DNA of 64,000 bases from an uncultured Acidobacteriota bacterium (GTDB taxonomy: Bacteria > Acidobacteriota > UBA6911): positions 1 through 64,000 of the forward strand of contig CAWJKZ010000015.1 of assembly GCA_963843575.1 (NCBI GenBank), written 5' to 3'. Shown in pieces: positions 9,371 through 19,802 of this stretch; the first letter of the stretch is position 1; every line of letters begins with the position of its first letter. The position numbers and the translations under genes are program-made. Under the pieces are notes generated by a model. That model did no database searches, had not been told where the DNA came from, and was given only the letters and a program-made list of their open reading frames with translations.

Positions 9371-11230
9371 TCAAAATCGGGGGCAAGTACTTTGGCAAAA
9401 AGGGGTTGAGGACCAGTCGTCGGTCGCGTACTGGATCACGCAGTCGTCCAGGGAGTTAGCGCCGGCCAGGGGATCGTCCCAGTCCGCCTTGAAGGTGCCG
9501 CCCGCTCCTGCGACCCGGAAATTCCCGACCGCTCCGGGCAGGACCGCGTCGATGGGGAGCGCGGTCGAGACGAAGGCCTTCGGGCCGGCGGTGATGCGCG
9601 TCCCGACGCCGAACAGGTTGCGGGAGCAGGCCGTGGCATGGAAGGTCCCGACCGGATACGGCACGGGCGGCGTGCGCCAGGTCGCCTGGTTGACGTCCCC
9701 GAGCTTCTCGACCGGGAACCACTCGTACCAGCCGTTGGCGGTTTCCCCGGCGGTCCCGAGATCCCACCAGCGCTTGAGGACATAGCCGGTGTAAGAGCCC
9801 GACTTCGTGAACGGCCTGTCGACGTCGTAGTAGTTCAGCCCCTGCGCCTGGATGATATTGCCCTCGAGGTCGCTGTCGGGGTTGGCGTCGTTGGTGAAGA
9901 TCACCAGAGGCCGGCCGACCACGGACGCGCTCGCCGCCCTGACGCACCCGACGCGCCTGCCGCCCGCGATGACGGTGACCGCGATCGGGCCCTCGACGAC
10001 GGAGGTCGGGAACGCGGCCCGCTCCGCGGAGTACGGCTCCTGCCCGGGCAGCGCCGCCGAGAGCCTGACCTCGACGCCGTAGACGGACCGGTAGTTGGTC
10101 GTGTCGCGGCTGAACTGGAACACCATCATGCCGGGAGGGACCTTCGCGTCGTCGTCGTTCGTGAGGATCTGGAGGCCCGACGCGCCGGCGGGGTTGCCGG
10201 TGTCCTTCGTGAGGACGAGCTCCGCGGCCGGGGCGTAGCCGTAGGGGTAGCGGTCGGTCTCGGCGGAGTTCTCCGAGCACAGGACGACGGTGATCTTCGT
10301 GTCGCCCGCCTCCGGAGGCTCCGGCTGGAAGATCAGCTCCGAGTCCGCCGGGGCCGAGGTAGTCCCGCCGTCGCGGACCGTTTCCGGCGATCCGTCGTAG
10401 AAGTAGAAGGCGCGGACGTGGTGGAATCGGGGATCCGGCGACAGGGATGCCGAGTCGAGGGCAGAGATGTCGGCGATGGAGATCTCGAACCAGTTCGTTC
10501 CGGGGGATGCGATCTCGGCGCCGAGGGCGAACATCCGGCCCACGCGCGGGCCGACGCGGATCTGGTAGTGCGTCATCGCCGCATCCGGCAGCCGGCACTG
10601 GATCGTGAACCTGTTCGTGTTCGTTCCCGCCGGGATGACCACCTCGAGCGGGTCCGATGCCAGGCCGTCGACGCCGCCCGCGCGCGCGCACGCTTCCACG
10701 TACAGCGTCTGGTCTCCGGGGATCGCTCCGCCTGCCCCCTGAACCGCCGGGGTGGCGACCTGGGCGCGCCTGGCGAGCGTGTCGGCGTAAGCGGTCGGAG
10801 GAGGCGTGAACTCCACCTTGACCTTGCGGTGATAGAGGTCGGGATTCCGGTCGTCCTGGACGAAGAGCTCCGTGAGGGTCGGGGTTCCCGTCGCGTTGCC
10901 CGCGCCGGCCACGGCTTTTCCTCCGGGCGCGCGCTGGTTCCAGGAGGCGGGCTCGACGGGAAGCGGATCCGCGCCCACGTCGGCGGGCTTGGGGCCGACC
11001 ACCATGTCGTACATCTCGTCGACGGTCGTGCGCCCCTGGATCGCAATGGAGAAGTCCCGGTTCAGCCGCCAGCCCTGGATGCGGAATTCCCCGGCGCCTC
11101 CCGGCATGTTCGGGTGCGTCAGCGAGCAGACCATCCCGGCCTCGGAGTTCAGCGCCAGGACGGTCGTGCCGAAGGAGATCTGCCGCGCCTTGCGCCACTG
11201 TGTCCCGGAGATCCCGCCGAGCTCCTCGCG
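9371..11230 (-). pseudogene. Phage tail/host-specificity protein fragment
   Basis: Long, very high-GC frame with beta-rich FN3-like segments, cut at both ends by lower-GC DNA. Function inferred from context. Confidence 0.6.
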
Positions 11231-11499
11231 TTGGCCGGTTTGTATTCGCTTCGCAAGACCGGCCTCGCGGGATATACGCCTACGGGGGTGAGACGGCTCT
11301 TGCCGAAAGCGCTGATTTTACTGCAAGATGGAAACATTCTGGCTGACGATGCTCCGGGATACCTCGCCACTTCCCTCTAGGTGAAAGATTTCGCGAGTTC
11401 CATCGATTTCGAGTTGGTCTTGGTCGCCTATTGTTTGAAACGGATGGGGCAATAGGCAGGTCACTGAGAAGCATCCGTTGATCGGTAGGAGGAACAAGC

Positions 11500-11886
11500 A
11501 TGCGCATAGCTAAAGAGGATGTGGACGTCAAGATGGAGATTCCGGGCGCCGTGATCCGTCAGAAAATGGATTTCGGCGACGCAACCGGTTTAGGCATGAT
11601 CAGCTGTGAGTATTTCACCCTTGCAGCAGGCGTCGATACCACGCCGTTGTTCCAGGGACTACAAGGCAATTCGTGCCAGTGCCCGCACTGGGGCTTCGTC
11701 TTGCGCGGCCAACTGACGACGACTGACGAGCGCGGTGTGCAAGAGACGGTCAAGACGAATGATCTTTTTTACTGGCCGCCTGGCCACAACGTCAAGGTCG
11801 ATGCAGATGCGGAAATCATCATGTTTAGCCCGCAGCGGGAGCACAGCCATGTCATCAATCACATGATCGAGAAGGTGAAAGGCTAA
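11500..11886 (+). CDS. Cupin-domain protein (integron-type cassette gene)
   Basis: AGGAGG RBS; CQCPHWGFVLRG and FYWPPGH cupin motifs. Confidence 0.85.
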   Translation: MRIAKEDVDVKMEIPGAVIRQKMDFGDATGLGMISCEYFTLAAGVDTTPLFQGLQGNSCQCPHWGFVLRGQLTTTDERGVQETVKTNDLFYWPPGHNVKVDADAEIIMFSPQREHSHVINHMIEKVKG

Positions 11887-11915
11887 TCTGGTTGCCCAGG
11901 GTTGTCGGGCGTGGC

Positions 11916-11982
11916 GCCCAACCCATCATTCCACCGGACCTGCGCGAAAAGCCGCGCAGTCCGGTGAATTCAGACGTTACGC
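11916..11982 (+). other. Integron attC recombination site
   Basis: GCCCAAC (RYYYAAC), imperfect palindrome CACCGGACCTGCGCG-AAAAGC-CGCGCAGTCCGGTG with an extra-helical base, then GTTACGC; 30 bp after the stop codon. Confidence 0.82.
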
Positions 11983-12490
11983 ACATCCGGCGGCCTCGCT
12001 GGAATCCCAAATGTCCTCCCGCACCCCGATAAAGATCATCCGCTCCCGCGACTGGGGAACACCATAGTACATCGCGTTCATCAGCCTGGCCGAGACCGTG
12101 TAGCCGGAGGCCTTCAGCTCGCGCAGAATCTCCGCAAAGATCAGCTTCATCTTGCCCTTCACAGGGCGGTGAGCCGTCCAGGACGTCCAGTTCCCCCGGT
12201 TTCAGTCCGGTGATCTTCAGGCATTCCTCGACCGAGAGCTCAGCGATGTCCCCGTGCCAGACCGGCACGTCCGGGAAGTTAAGCTTAAAGGTCTCCACGG
12301 CGTGGTCATCCCACTCCACCGCCAGGAGCTCGCGAAACCCGGCCATGCTGTAGCCGAGCGAGGATCCGCCGCAGCCGGCGAAGAGCGAGATCACAGTCGG
12401 CGCGTCGGACTCCCGCGGCTTCAGGTGCTCCCGCCAGCAGGCCTCGAGGTGAGCCGGGTAGTCTTCTATTTTGGGAAGGAGTGTCCGCAT
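11977..12490 (-). pseudogene. Phage C5-cytosine DNA methyltransferase, internally deleted and truncated
   Basis: Motif I SLFAGCGG and motif IV GSPPC, then a frame jump to motif VIII YGVPQSRER. The ENV motif and C-terminus are missing. Confidence 0.85.
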
Positions 12491-13005
12491 TTCGGGCGGG
12501 TCGTCAGCTCGACGTCGTCGGCCGCCGACTCGTCGTATTCCTTCTGCTCGATGTCCTTTCCGTACATGATGTCGGCCAGTTCACTTCCGTCGAAACCGGT
12601 CAGATCCAGGGGGAAATCAACTTCCTTGAGGTCGAGCAGCTCGAGGCGCAGCAGCTCCTCGTTCCACCCTGCACTGAGCGCCAGCCTGTTGTCGGCGATG
12701 ACGTAGGCCCTCTTCTGGGCCTCGCTCAGGTGCGGCAGCCTGATGCACGGCACCTCCTGCAGGCCGAGCAGCTGCGCCGCCAAGACCCGCCCGTGGCCGG
12801 CGATGATCCCGTCGCAGCCGTCGACCAGCACCGGGTTGGTGAAGCCGAACTCCTTGATGCTGGCGGCGATCTGCGCAACCTGCTCGTCGGAGTGGGTGCG
12901 GGCGTTTCGGGCATATGGGATCAGGGCGGAAACCGGGCGGTACTCTATCGCCAGAGTGCAGTCAGAAGGCCGCACGGCGGCCGCCGTGGCTTTGTTTTTG
13001 CCCAT
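12466..13005 (-). CDS. Phage ParB/Srx N-terminal domain protein
   Basis: LIPYARNARTHSDEQV, IIAGHGRVLAA and YVIADNRLA motifs. Confidence 0.9.
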   Translation of the reverse strand: MGKNKATAAAVRPSDCTLAIEYRPVSALIPYARNARTHSDEQVAQIAASIKEFGFTNPVLVDGCDGIIAGHGRVLAAQLLGLQEVPCIRLPHLSEAQKRAYVIADNRLALSAGWNEELLRLELLDLKEVDFPLDLTGFDGSELADIMYGKDIEQKEYDESAADDVELTTRPKCGHSFPK

Positions 13006-13007
13006 CC

Positions 13008-13484
13008 CTAGACCAATGCCTCCCATCGGTTCGATTCGTCTGCGGCCTTCCCGTGGCCCGGGGCGGCCAGCCTTGCCCTGCTGGCGGGGGAAAGCCCGAA
13101 CTCGGCGAGCAGCGACTGGCAGTGGCGCATGGCTTCAGAGCGCTGCGCGACGGCCGGGTTGGCCTTCCATATCTTCTGCGCCCTGGCGATGGTCCTGCCG
13201 GGATGCTCCGGGTCCGGAACGTCGATGATCTCGATCTTCGCGTAGGTCGACCCGTTCGCCCGGATGTTCTCCGTGGCTAGCTCGTATTCCTCCAGCCTGG
13301 CTGCCAGGAGCGCCAGAAGCTCGGTGTCCGTCGCCGATGCGAGGCGCATGGACTCCAGGCGGCCGACGAGGGTCCCGAATATCTCGGTCGCCCGCTTCGA
13401 CAGTTCAGCCGGAGCCCGCGGCGGTTCGTCCTGGGCTGCCGGCGCATTCCGGTTGATGCGGCACGGCCGCGCAGTCCCGCGCAT
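13008..13484 (-). CDS. terS: Phage terminase small subunit (P27 family)
   Basis: KANPAVAQ and LAEFGLSPASRARL C-terminal signature; the frame extends upstream as KGRKH. Confidence 0.88.
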   Translation of the reverse strand: MRGTARPCRINRNAPAAQDEPPRAPAELSKRATEIFGTLVGRLESMRLASATDTELLALLAARLEEYELATENIRANGSTYAKIEIIDVPDPEHPGRTIARAQKIWKANPAVAQRSEAMRHCQSLLAEFGLSPASRARLAAPGHGKAADESNRWEALV

Positions 13485-13700
13485 CTTCTTGTCGACCAGG
13501 CGGAGGTGCTTGCGGCCCTTCAGGATTTTCCCTCAATTTTTGATGCGCGAAGAATCACGCAACGGAACTCAGTCCCTGAAGATTCGACCCGCCCTACCGC
13601 TTCCGCCTGGTCTCGACATTCGCCGTGGCCTACCCCGATTGCTACTATCTTGAAGGGGCCGTTCGTAACGAGATCCATCCTGAGTCTGTGAGGTAGTCAG

Positions 13701-14213
13701 ATGTACAAGACAACTCGGCGCACAGTCGATCTGAGCGACTTTCCTGACCTCGTGGTCATTTACCTCGGAATGCGGGTGAACACTATTACCGGACTCAAGA
13801 CCCTTATGGGATTCGGGCCCAGGATTTCCGCTTCCGTGGCAGCCAAACCTGACGGACTGCTGCTGCACGAAAACATCGTCTACTCTCTTTTCCCGCTGCA
13901 TACGGGAATGCGCCAGTACTGGCGCGATTTCGACTCCCTGGAACGCTGGGCACGGTCCGAACCTCATCGTGTCTGGTGGCAGCAATTCCTGCGTAATTCG
14001 GGCGGCACGGGTTTCTGGCACGAAACGTACTTCATGCGTGGCGGAATGGAAGCTGTCTACGACGACATGGTCCAGGCAACCGGCTTTCTGAAGTTTGCAC
14101 CGGTTCATCCCGCGCGCGGAGCGATGTTCTCGGCACGAGCACGGGGGAAGCGAGCCGGCGAGGCGGAAACCGAATCCCCCGTGCTCGAAACCGAGCTCTA
14201 CCCGAAAGATTGA
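13701..14213 (+). CDS. DUF4188 / monooxygenase-like protein
   Basis: LVVIYLGMRVN, RQYWRDFDSLERWARSEPH and GFWHETY motifs. Confidence 0.8.
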   Translation: MYKTTRRTVDLSDFPDLVVIYLGMRVNTITGLKTLMGFGPRISASVAAKPDGLLLHENIVYSLFPLHTGMRQYWRDFDSLERWARSEPHRVWWQQFLRNSGGTGFWHETYFMRGGMEAVYDDMVQATGFLKFAPVHPARGAMFSARARGKRAGEAETESPVLETELYPKD

Positions 14214-14214
14214 T

Positions 14215-14508
14215 CTATGTTCCCGCGACGGCCGGATCCTTCCCCAATTCAGTCAAGCGGTCCACTTCGGGCTGCAGGACGGCTGCAATCTCCTCGGGAG
14301 TGGCCGTGCCGGCGTTGACCTTGTCGATGAGAGTCTGGATCCTGGCGGCAATCGCGTTCGTCGCGTCGTCGATCTTTGCCGCGAAATCCTTCACCTGCTC
14401 AAGCACCTGTGACATGTCTTCGATCCTTTCGAGAATCCGATTTTGATTTGCGAGAATCCGGCGCTGACTGCGCAGGATTTTTTCAAGAACGGCGCACAGG
14501 ACCCGCAT
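14215..14508 (-). CDS. Small phage hypothetical protein (coiled-coil)
   Basis: Plausible ORF in phage orientation with RBS-like GGTGGGG. Confidence 0.5.
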   Translation of the reverse strand: MRVLCAVLEKILRSQRRILANQNRILERIEDMSQVLEQVKDFAAKIDDATNAIAARIQTLIDKVNAGTATPEEIAAVLQPEVDRLTELGKDPAVAGT

Positions 14509-15114
14509 CTATCCCCACCTACCCGTCGGCGACGCTGGTCAGCGTTTGCACAGAGGCTGTCCGTGACTGTCGCGCCGACTATGCGATATCGTGATCTGCA
14601 GGTACGATTTCTTTAGCGAGGGACTTCCCGTTTTCCAGCACGTATGCCGGGCGGCGCTTCTCCTGGCGGTAAACGTCCTTCCAGTCGGATGCGACACTCC
14701 GTGCCTTCCCGCGCATCTTGTCGGCCGGGCAGAGGTGCTTGTAGTCTTTCAGGATTTTCCCTCAATTATGGATGCGCGAAAAATCAGGCACGGGACCGGT
14801 CTACGTATTTGAGCCGTCAGCTTTTAGAGCCCCCCTACCCAGTACCAGGCTCAGAATTCTGGTAGGTTCGCCTCTGAAGATAGTTTCTGACTAGTAATGA
14901 CGCCAGGCCAGTTTGGTAACCGCTCTCGTGCAGGAGTACATACTTGCAGCCCAATCTTTTTAACTGATTTCGAAGACTCTGGGATCCAGCATCGTAGTGC
15001 CAAGCACTCCCGGATGTTATGGTCGTAAGTCCTGATTTATCAGGTCCGGAAAATTTTTCCACACCGGCCCGCATGCAGGCTTTGGGATTGAGGATCGGAG
15101 CGCGGGCCGAAAAG

Positions 15115-15480
15115 CTATCCCCACCTGCCATCGGCGACGGCGGTCTTTCGATCGTGACAGCACTTGCACATCGGTGCCCAGTTCGCCTGATTCCAGAACA
15201 GCGCGGGATCTCCCTTGTGCGGCACGATGTGATCCACAACAGTTGCCGCAGTCACGCGTCCCATGCGATTGCATTCGGCACACAGAGGATTCAGCTCGAG
15301 GAACAGTTTCCTTGCAGTCCGCCATCTGGAACCATAGCCCCTGGAGTTGGCGGACCCTCGGCGGTTCTCCTGTTCCTTGCGTGCGCGCGCCTGGTGTCGC
15401 TCACACCTGCTTGAAGGCGGATCCACAAGAACCGGACAGCCTGGATAATTGCAGGGATGCTTAGGAGCGACAGGACTCAC
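15115..15480 (-). CDS. Phage packaging-associated HNH endonuclease (HK97 gp74-like)
   Basis: RGYGSRW, PLCAEC, ATVVDHIVPHKGD and NWAPMCKCCHDRKT; located upstream of terS. Confidence 0.92.
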   Translation of the reverse strand: MSPVAPKHPCNYPGCPVLVDPPSSRCERHQARARKEQENRRGSANSRGYGSRWRTARKLFLELNPLCAECNRMGRVTAATVVDHIVPHKGDPALFWNQANWAPMCKCCHDRKTAVADGRWG

Positions 15481-15629
15481 GCCACCTTTTTCTTCTCGCG
15501 CGGGGCAGGCGTCGCATCTCGCCGCTGCGAGTCTGTACCGTGTGCCTTGGCGATGGATTTCCCGTTTTCAAGCACGTATGCCGGGCGCCGCCTCTCTTCG
15601 CGGTAAACGTCCTTCCAGTCGGTGGTCAC
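15477..15629 (-). CDS. Small phage hypothetical protein (DWKDVY..ERRRPAYV)
   Basis: GTGA overlaps on both sides; homologous segments elsewhere in the window. Confidence 0.55.
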   Translation of the reverse strand: MTTDWKDVYREERRRPAYVLENGKSIAKAHGTDSQRRDATPAPREKKKVA

Positions 15630-16054
15630 GATATTTTCCGCCGCTTTGCCTTGACTGCCCGCAGCGCCTCGTCCACTGCTACCCGCCGGCATTCGCCCGA
15701 AAGGCGTGAGTGATCAAGGTCGGATTCAAAGTTGTGCGTGCGCTCGATTGCGGGATTTACGAGGCCGGAACAGTCACGCCCGAGCGCCTTGAGAAATGCG
15801 CTCGCATAGCCGCTGTCTTTGGAGCACGCCCGCTGGTAACCGGGGTCGAATGCGCGGAATCGGCGGTCCGGCCGGAAGTCAGGGCCTTCCCAGAGATCGA
15901 TCAGCCCGAACACGCGCTCCTGGATGCGCCGTTTTCCGGTTTCACGATCGCGTTCGAGCAGGTGCAGTTTCTTGAGCCGCTTGAATACCCAGAAGGGGAG
16001 ATCGATCTCGACGCCGTGAGGATTGAGGATCCTGCCGTCGAATTCGTCGGACAA
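15626..16054 (-). CDS. Phage hypothetical protein
   Basis: Coupled to the downstream gene; a homologous remnant lies at about 42.2 kb. Confidence 0.6.
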   Translation of the reverse strand: MSDEFDGRILNPHGVEIDLPFWVFKRLKKLHLLERDRETGKRRIQERVFGLIDLWEGPDFRPDRRFRAFDPGYQRACSKDSGYASAFLKALGRDCSGLVNPAIERTHNFESDLDHSRLSGECRRVAVDEALRAVKAKRRKIS

Positions 16055-16300
16055 AGCTTCGCCAATGAAAAGCTGGTTGATTTCGGAGCTCCAGCCCGCT
16101 CTCTCGGAGGTTGTCTCTGGGCCGCTGCCAGATCACTGCTCGGCAGCACCCGCCACTACGAACTCACCGTAAATGCTCTCACTTCAGCCAGTCAAGAGGC
16201 GTGAGGGCAGCAACGCTGTGAAATACGAGTTTCGGTGTTACAATGGGAGGCAGTCCTTGCCCTTCCCCTCCGTCGTTCACTGTGTCATGTCGGAGTCACG

Positions 16301-16804
16301 ATGGAAATTGAACTGCGAAAGACCCTCAGCCTAACCCAGTCGCTAACCAACCAGGAATTGGCCTCTCTCTTCACGCTCATGGTGGAACAGGCACCTGTCG
16401 GATTTGCCTTTTTCGACACCGAGTTCCGTTACCGCTTTATCAACGAAAAGCTCGCTGAAATTAACGGAGTCCCCGCCGAGGCACACATCGGAAGAATGGT
16501 GTTACAAGTGGCCCCTTCAATCCACGACCAGGCATTTGCTGTATTCGAGTCGGTCAAACGAACTTCGAAGCCAGTGATCGACCGGTTGTTGATAGGCGAG
16601 ACACCGGCAACTGCGGGAAAGCACCACTACTGGAAGGAAAGTTGGTATCCCGTTTGCGGTTCATCGGGCGAGCTGATCGGAGTGGCCGCAATAGTCGAGG
16701 ACGTTACAAACCTCATTAATGCCGAACGCGAACGCGCGGAGTATGGGGCTGATCTTCGGGCTTCGAACGAGAAGCTGACGGTTTCCTTGTCTAACCCTGC
16801 TTGA
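16301..16804 (+). pseudogene. PAS-domain protein, probably a truncated sensor
   Basis: QAPVGFAFFD..INEKLAEING and VEDVT PAS/PAC motifs; ends within the following coiled coil. Confidence 0.7.
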
Positions 16805-16908
16805 GTGATCGACGGCTCAAAGTGCAACGAGGCGACGACGGCTTGGAGGGAGAACTCCTGGAAATGCAGCAGGGTCGGCAAGTCATCCGAGTACCTTGCC
16901 GGTTCTTC

Positions 16909-18072
16909 TTACAGACCCCGATTCGCGGCAGTATTGGCAGGCCGAATCTCGCGTGGCAGCGACACACCGAAGGTGGTGCTATCGTCTGAAGACTGGACGC
17001 ATATCTCGCCGCCATGAGCCCGCGCGATCTCGCGCGCGATGAACAGGCCCAGACCGAGGCCCGTCCTGCCAGAACTCGAGGATCCAGCCCCCGCCGTTCG
17101 CTTGAAAGCCTCAAAAAGGTTCGGAAGCGCCTCCGGCAGGATGGCACCCACGTTGTGCACTCGCACATGCACGGTCGATGCTTCCGTGCCGTCGAGCTCG
17201 ACGCTGACGGGCTTGTCCTTCGTCCCGTGTTGCACCGCGTTGCCCGCGAGGTTCGACAGCATCTGGGCAAGGCGATCGGCGTCCCAGACACCGGAGAGGT
17301 TCCCGACCTCCTGGATGTGGATGCTCGCTTGCGGGTTTGCATCCTGCAGTTCCTGCATCACTCCCCGGCAGAGTTCTCCGAGGTGCATGCCCTCGCGGTG
17401 GATCGGAATGCCTCCTCCGTGTCTGATCCGGGCGAAGTCGAGGAGCTGTTCGATCATCCGCGTGATTCGGTCGGCCGACGCCAGGATGCGGCCGGCGGGA
17501 CGAAGCGCCCGCGTGTCGGGAGAAAGCCGGACGATAATCTCCGCGGCGAGTTTGATCGCGTTAATCGGCGTTCTGAGGTCGTGGCCCAGGATGCTCACGA
17601 ACATGTCGCTGAGCTGCATCGAACGCTCGAGCTCACGATACAGATCGCGCATCTGGTACTGGCGCCGCCGTGCGCGCAAAGCCGATCGAACGCTGCTCAG
17701 GAAAAACTGAATGCCCAGCGGGCGCTGCAGGAGGGTGACGTTGGCACGCTCAAAGAAGCCCGGAACAAAATGTGCGCGACTTTGCCTCCTCGACTTGGCT
17801 GCGGAAAGGAGGAGTACGGGGATGTCCGACCACGGCTCCTGAGCCTCCAGCGCTGTCAGCAGGCTGGCAGCCCCGCTTGGCGACAGCGCTTCGTCGGCGA
17901 TGACTGCTGCCCCGGCCCCGGAGGAAATGCCCGCCAGCAGCGATTCCAGGTCGGCGCAGATCTCGCACGGCAATCCGTCCGCTTCGAGCTGCTCACAAAT
18001 CATCTTGCCATCCCGACCGGTCGGGGTCAGGACCAGCACGCGCTCTGCGGCGGATTCATTCCATCGGCTCAC
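16909..18072 (-). CDS. Sensor histidine kinase with degenerate receiver-like N-terminus
   Basis: H-box ILGHDLRTP, N-box NLAGNAVQH and G-box GLGLGL. Confidence 0.92.
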   Translation of the reverse strand: MSRWNESAAERVLVLTPTGRDGKMICEQLEADGLPCEICADLESLLAGISSGAGAAVIADEALSPSGAASLLTALEAQEPWSDIPVLLLSAAKSRRQSRAHFVPGFFERANVTLLQRPLGIQFFLSSVRSALRARRRQYQMRDLYRELERSMQLSDMFVSILGHDLRTPINAIKLAAEIIVRLSPDTRALRPAGRILASADRITRMIEQLLDFARIRHGGGIPIHREGMHLGELCRGVMQELQDANPQASIHIQEVGNLSGVWDADRLAQMLSNLAGNAVQHGTKDKPVSVELDGTEASTVHVRVHNVGAILPEALPNLFEAFKRTAGAGSSSSGRTGLGLGLFIAREIARAHGGEICVQSSDDSTTFGVSLPREIRPANTAANRGL

Positions 18073-18102
18073 GGACGCCTTCCGGGAGACGGATCCTGCA
18101 GC

Positions 18103-19548
18103 CTAGACGGAGTCGCCGGCGAGAACGCCCTGGAACCTGGTCAGAGGCGGCCCGACGTGCAGGCCGTGCGGTCCGAACTGAAGTTCGCGGATCGATCGTT
18201 CGTGGTTGCCGGTGCGCTTCTTCACGACCGAAAACGCCTGCTTCACCACGCCGGCATCCTCGAAGTATCGAAACAGGAGGACCGTATCCGCTATGTAGCT
18301 TATATTCACGGGCGAATCGGCGGCGCCGAAAAAGCCATGCTGCGCGAGCGTGAGGATCGTGGCCACTCCCTTCTCGGAAAGAAATGCGAGCAGCTCGTGC
18401 AGGTGCGCGCTCAGGAACCGCTCCTCAGGCAAGGAGTTCAGGTAGCCGTTGATGCTGTCGAGCACGATAACACGAGCTCCCTCGTCGACCTTTTTTTGAA
18501 TCCGGTGCGACAGCTCGCCGGCAGTGAATTCAGCTGGATCGACGGGCAGAAGGTGTACCTTGCCTGCCTTCACGTGCTCGGCCAGCGGGATCCCCAGGCT
18601 GCTGGTACGAATGAGCAGGTTCGTCGGACTCTCGTCAAAACAGAAGATCGCGGCGCGCTCGCCGCGACTGGCGGCGGTAGCAACGAACTGAGCCGCGACC
18701 GTGGACTTTCCCGTGCCGGCAGGCCCCATGAATACAGTGCTTGTCCCTCCATCGAGACCGCCGCCCAGCAATGCGTCGATTTCGCGCACGCCGCTCGGCA
18801 CCGCAGCGCTCGAATGGGTGCTGCGATGGGACGCAGCCACGAGGCGAGGGTAGACCTCGATCCCGTGGTCCCCTATGGTGAAGTCGTGGTACCCGCCGAT
18901 GCTCTTCGACGCGCGCAGCTTGTGAACCCGGAGCCGCCGACGCTCTCCGCCGTATGCGGGCGAGAGATTCTCCAGGTGGACTACGCCACTCACGAGCGTC
19001 TCGGCAACGCTTGCCGCGCTGGCTTCCTGCTCCACGTCGATGAGCCACCCGGTGCAGTTGCGGCCGGCGATCTGGTCACTCAACGTGAGCAGCTCGCGCC
19101 GATATCGGGAAGGGTCTTCCGCAAGCAGCCGGATCTCGGAGAGGGAGTCGAGAACCAGCCTTGTCGGCTGCACCCTCTCGAGCTGCTCGAGGAACTCCCG
19201 GGAGATCTCTCCCAGCTCAACTTCCGAAGGGCTGAACACGGTGTAGCCCGTGCGCTCGTTGCCGGAATCGGCGCCGCCACGGCGCCGCATCTCGTGGACT
19301 TCTATCCCGTCGAGCGTCTGGCCGTAAGCCTCCGCGATGTGATTCAACTGCCCGCTCGTCTCCGCCAGACAGAGATACAGGCACTTCTCGCCGCGCCGGG
19401 CGCCTTCCAGCAGGAACTGCAAGCCGATGGTTGTCTTGCCCGTCCCGGGCTGTCCCTTCAGGAGGTAGATCGCTCCCGGGGGCAGCCCGCCCCCCAAAAT
19501 CGGGTCCAGGCCGGGCACACCGGTTGGGACTCGCGTCTCGTCTTCCAT
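18103..19548 (-). CDS. KaiC-like tandem RecA-fold ATPase
   Basis: Two Walker A motifs (GQPGTGKT, GPAGTGKS); ISYIADT at the KaiC phospho-site position. Confidence 0.92.
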   Translation of the reverse strand: MEDETRVPTGVPGLDPILGGGLPPGAIYLLKGQPGTGKTTIGLQFLLEGARRGEKCLYLCLAETSGQLNHIAEAYGQTLDGIEVHEMRRRGGADSGNERTGYTVFSPSEVELGEISREFLEQLERVQPTRLVLDSLSEIRLLAEDPSRYRRELLTLSDQIAGRNCTGWLIDVEQEASAASVAETLVSGVVHLENLSPAYGGERRRLRVHKLRASKSIGGYHDFTIGDHGIEVYPRLVAASHRSTHSSAAVPSGVREIDALLGGGLDGGTSTVFMGPAGTGKSTVAAQFVATAASRGERAAIFCFDESPTNLLIRTSSLGIPLAEHVKAGKVHLLPVDPAEFTAGELSHRIQKKVDEGARVIVLDSINGYLNSLPEERFLSAHLHELLAFLSEKGVATILTLAQHGFFGAADSPVNISYIADTVLLFRYFEDAGVVKQAFSVVKKRTGNHERSIRELQFGPHGLHVGPPLTRFQGVLAGDSV

Positions 19549-19802
19549 GCGTGGCTCCTTCTGGATATCCCGGTGCTTATCATAAGAGCAGGCTGACCGC
19601 AGTTCGCCGAACCATTCCCGGTGCGATCCTGGGGATTAAGCCTCATGAGGATCGCGCCCGCCTGTTGGTCAACAGCTCCCACCCGAGCCGTCTGGGATGT
19701 GTGTGTGCGCTTCTAATGGTACCACAGGGTCAAAAGGAGCCGCTGGTAAGGGAGAAAGGGGGCGGAGCCGGGTCAGTTGTCCAGATACGGCGATGTAGGA
19801 AA

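Noticed and set aside
18103-19548. Circadian clock locus
   Set aside because: No kaiA or kaiB in the window, and the phospho-site motif is non-canonical.
17014-19596. 860-aa plus-strand ORF and similar long ORFs (9638-11380, 47435-49030, 1921-3366, 37517-39238)
   Set aside because: These are antisense shadows of well-supported genes in high-GC DNA, with no motifs.
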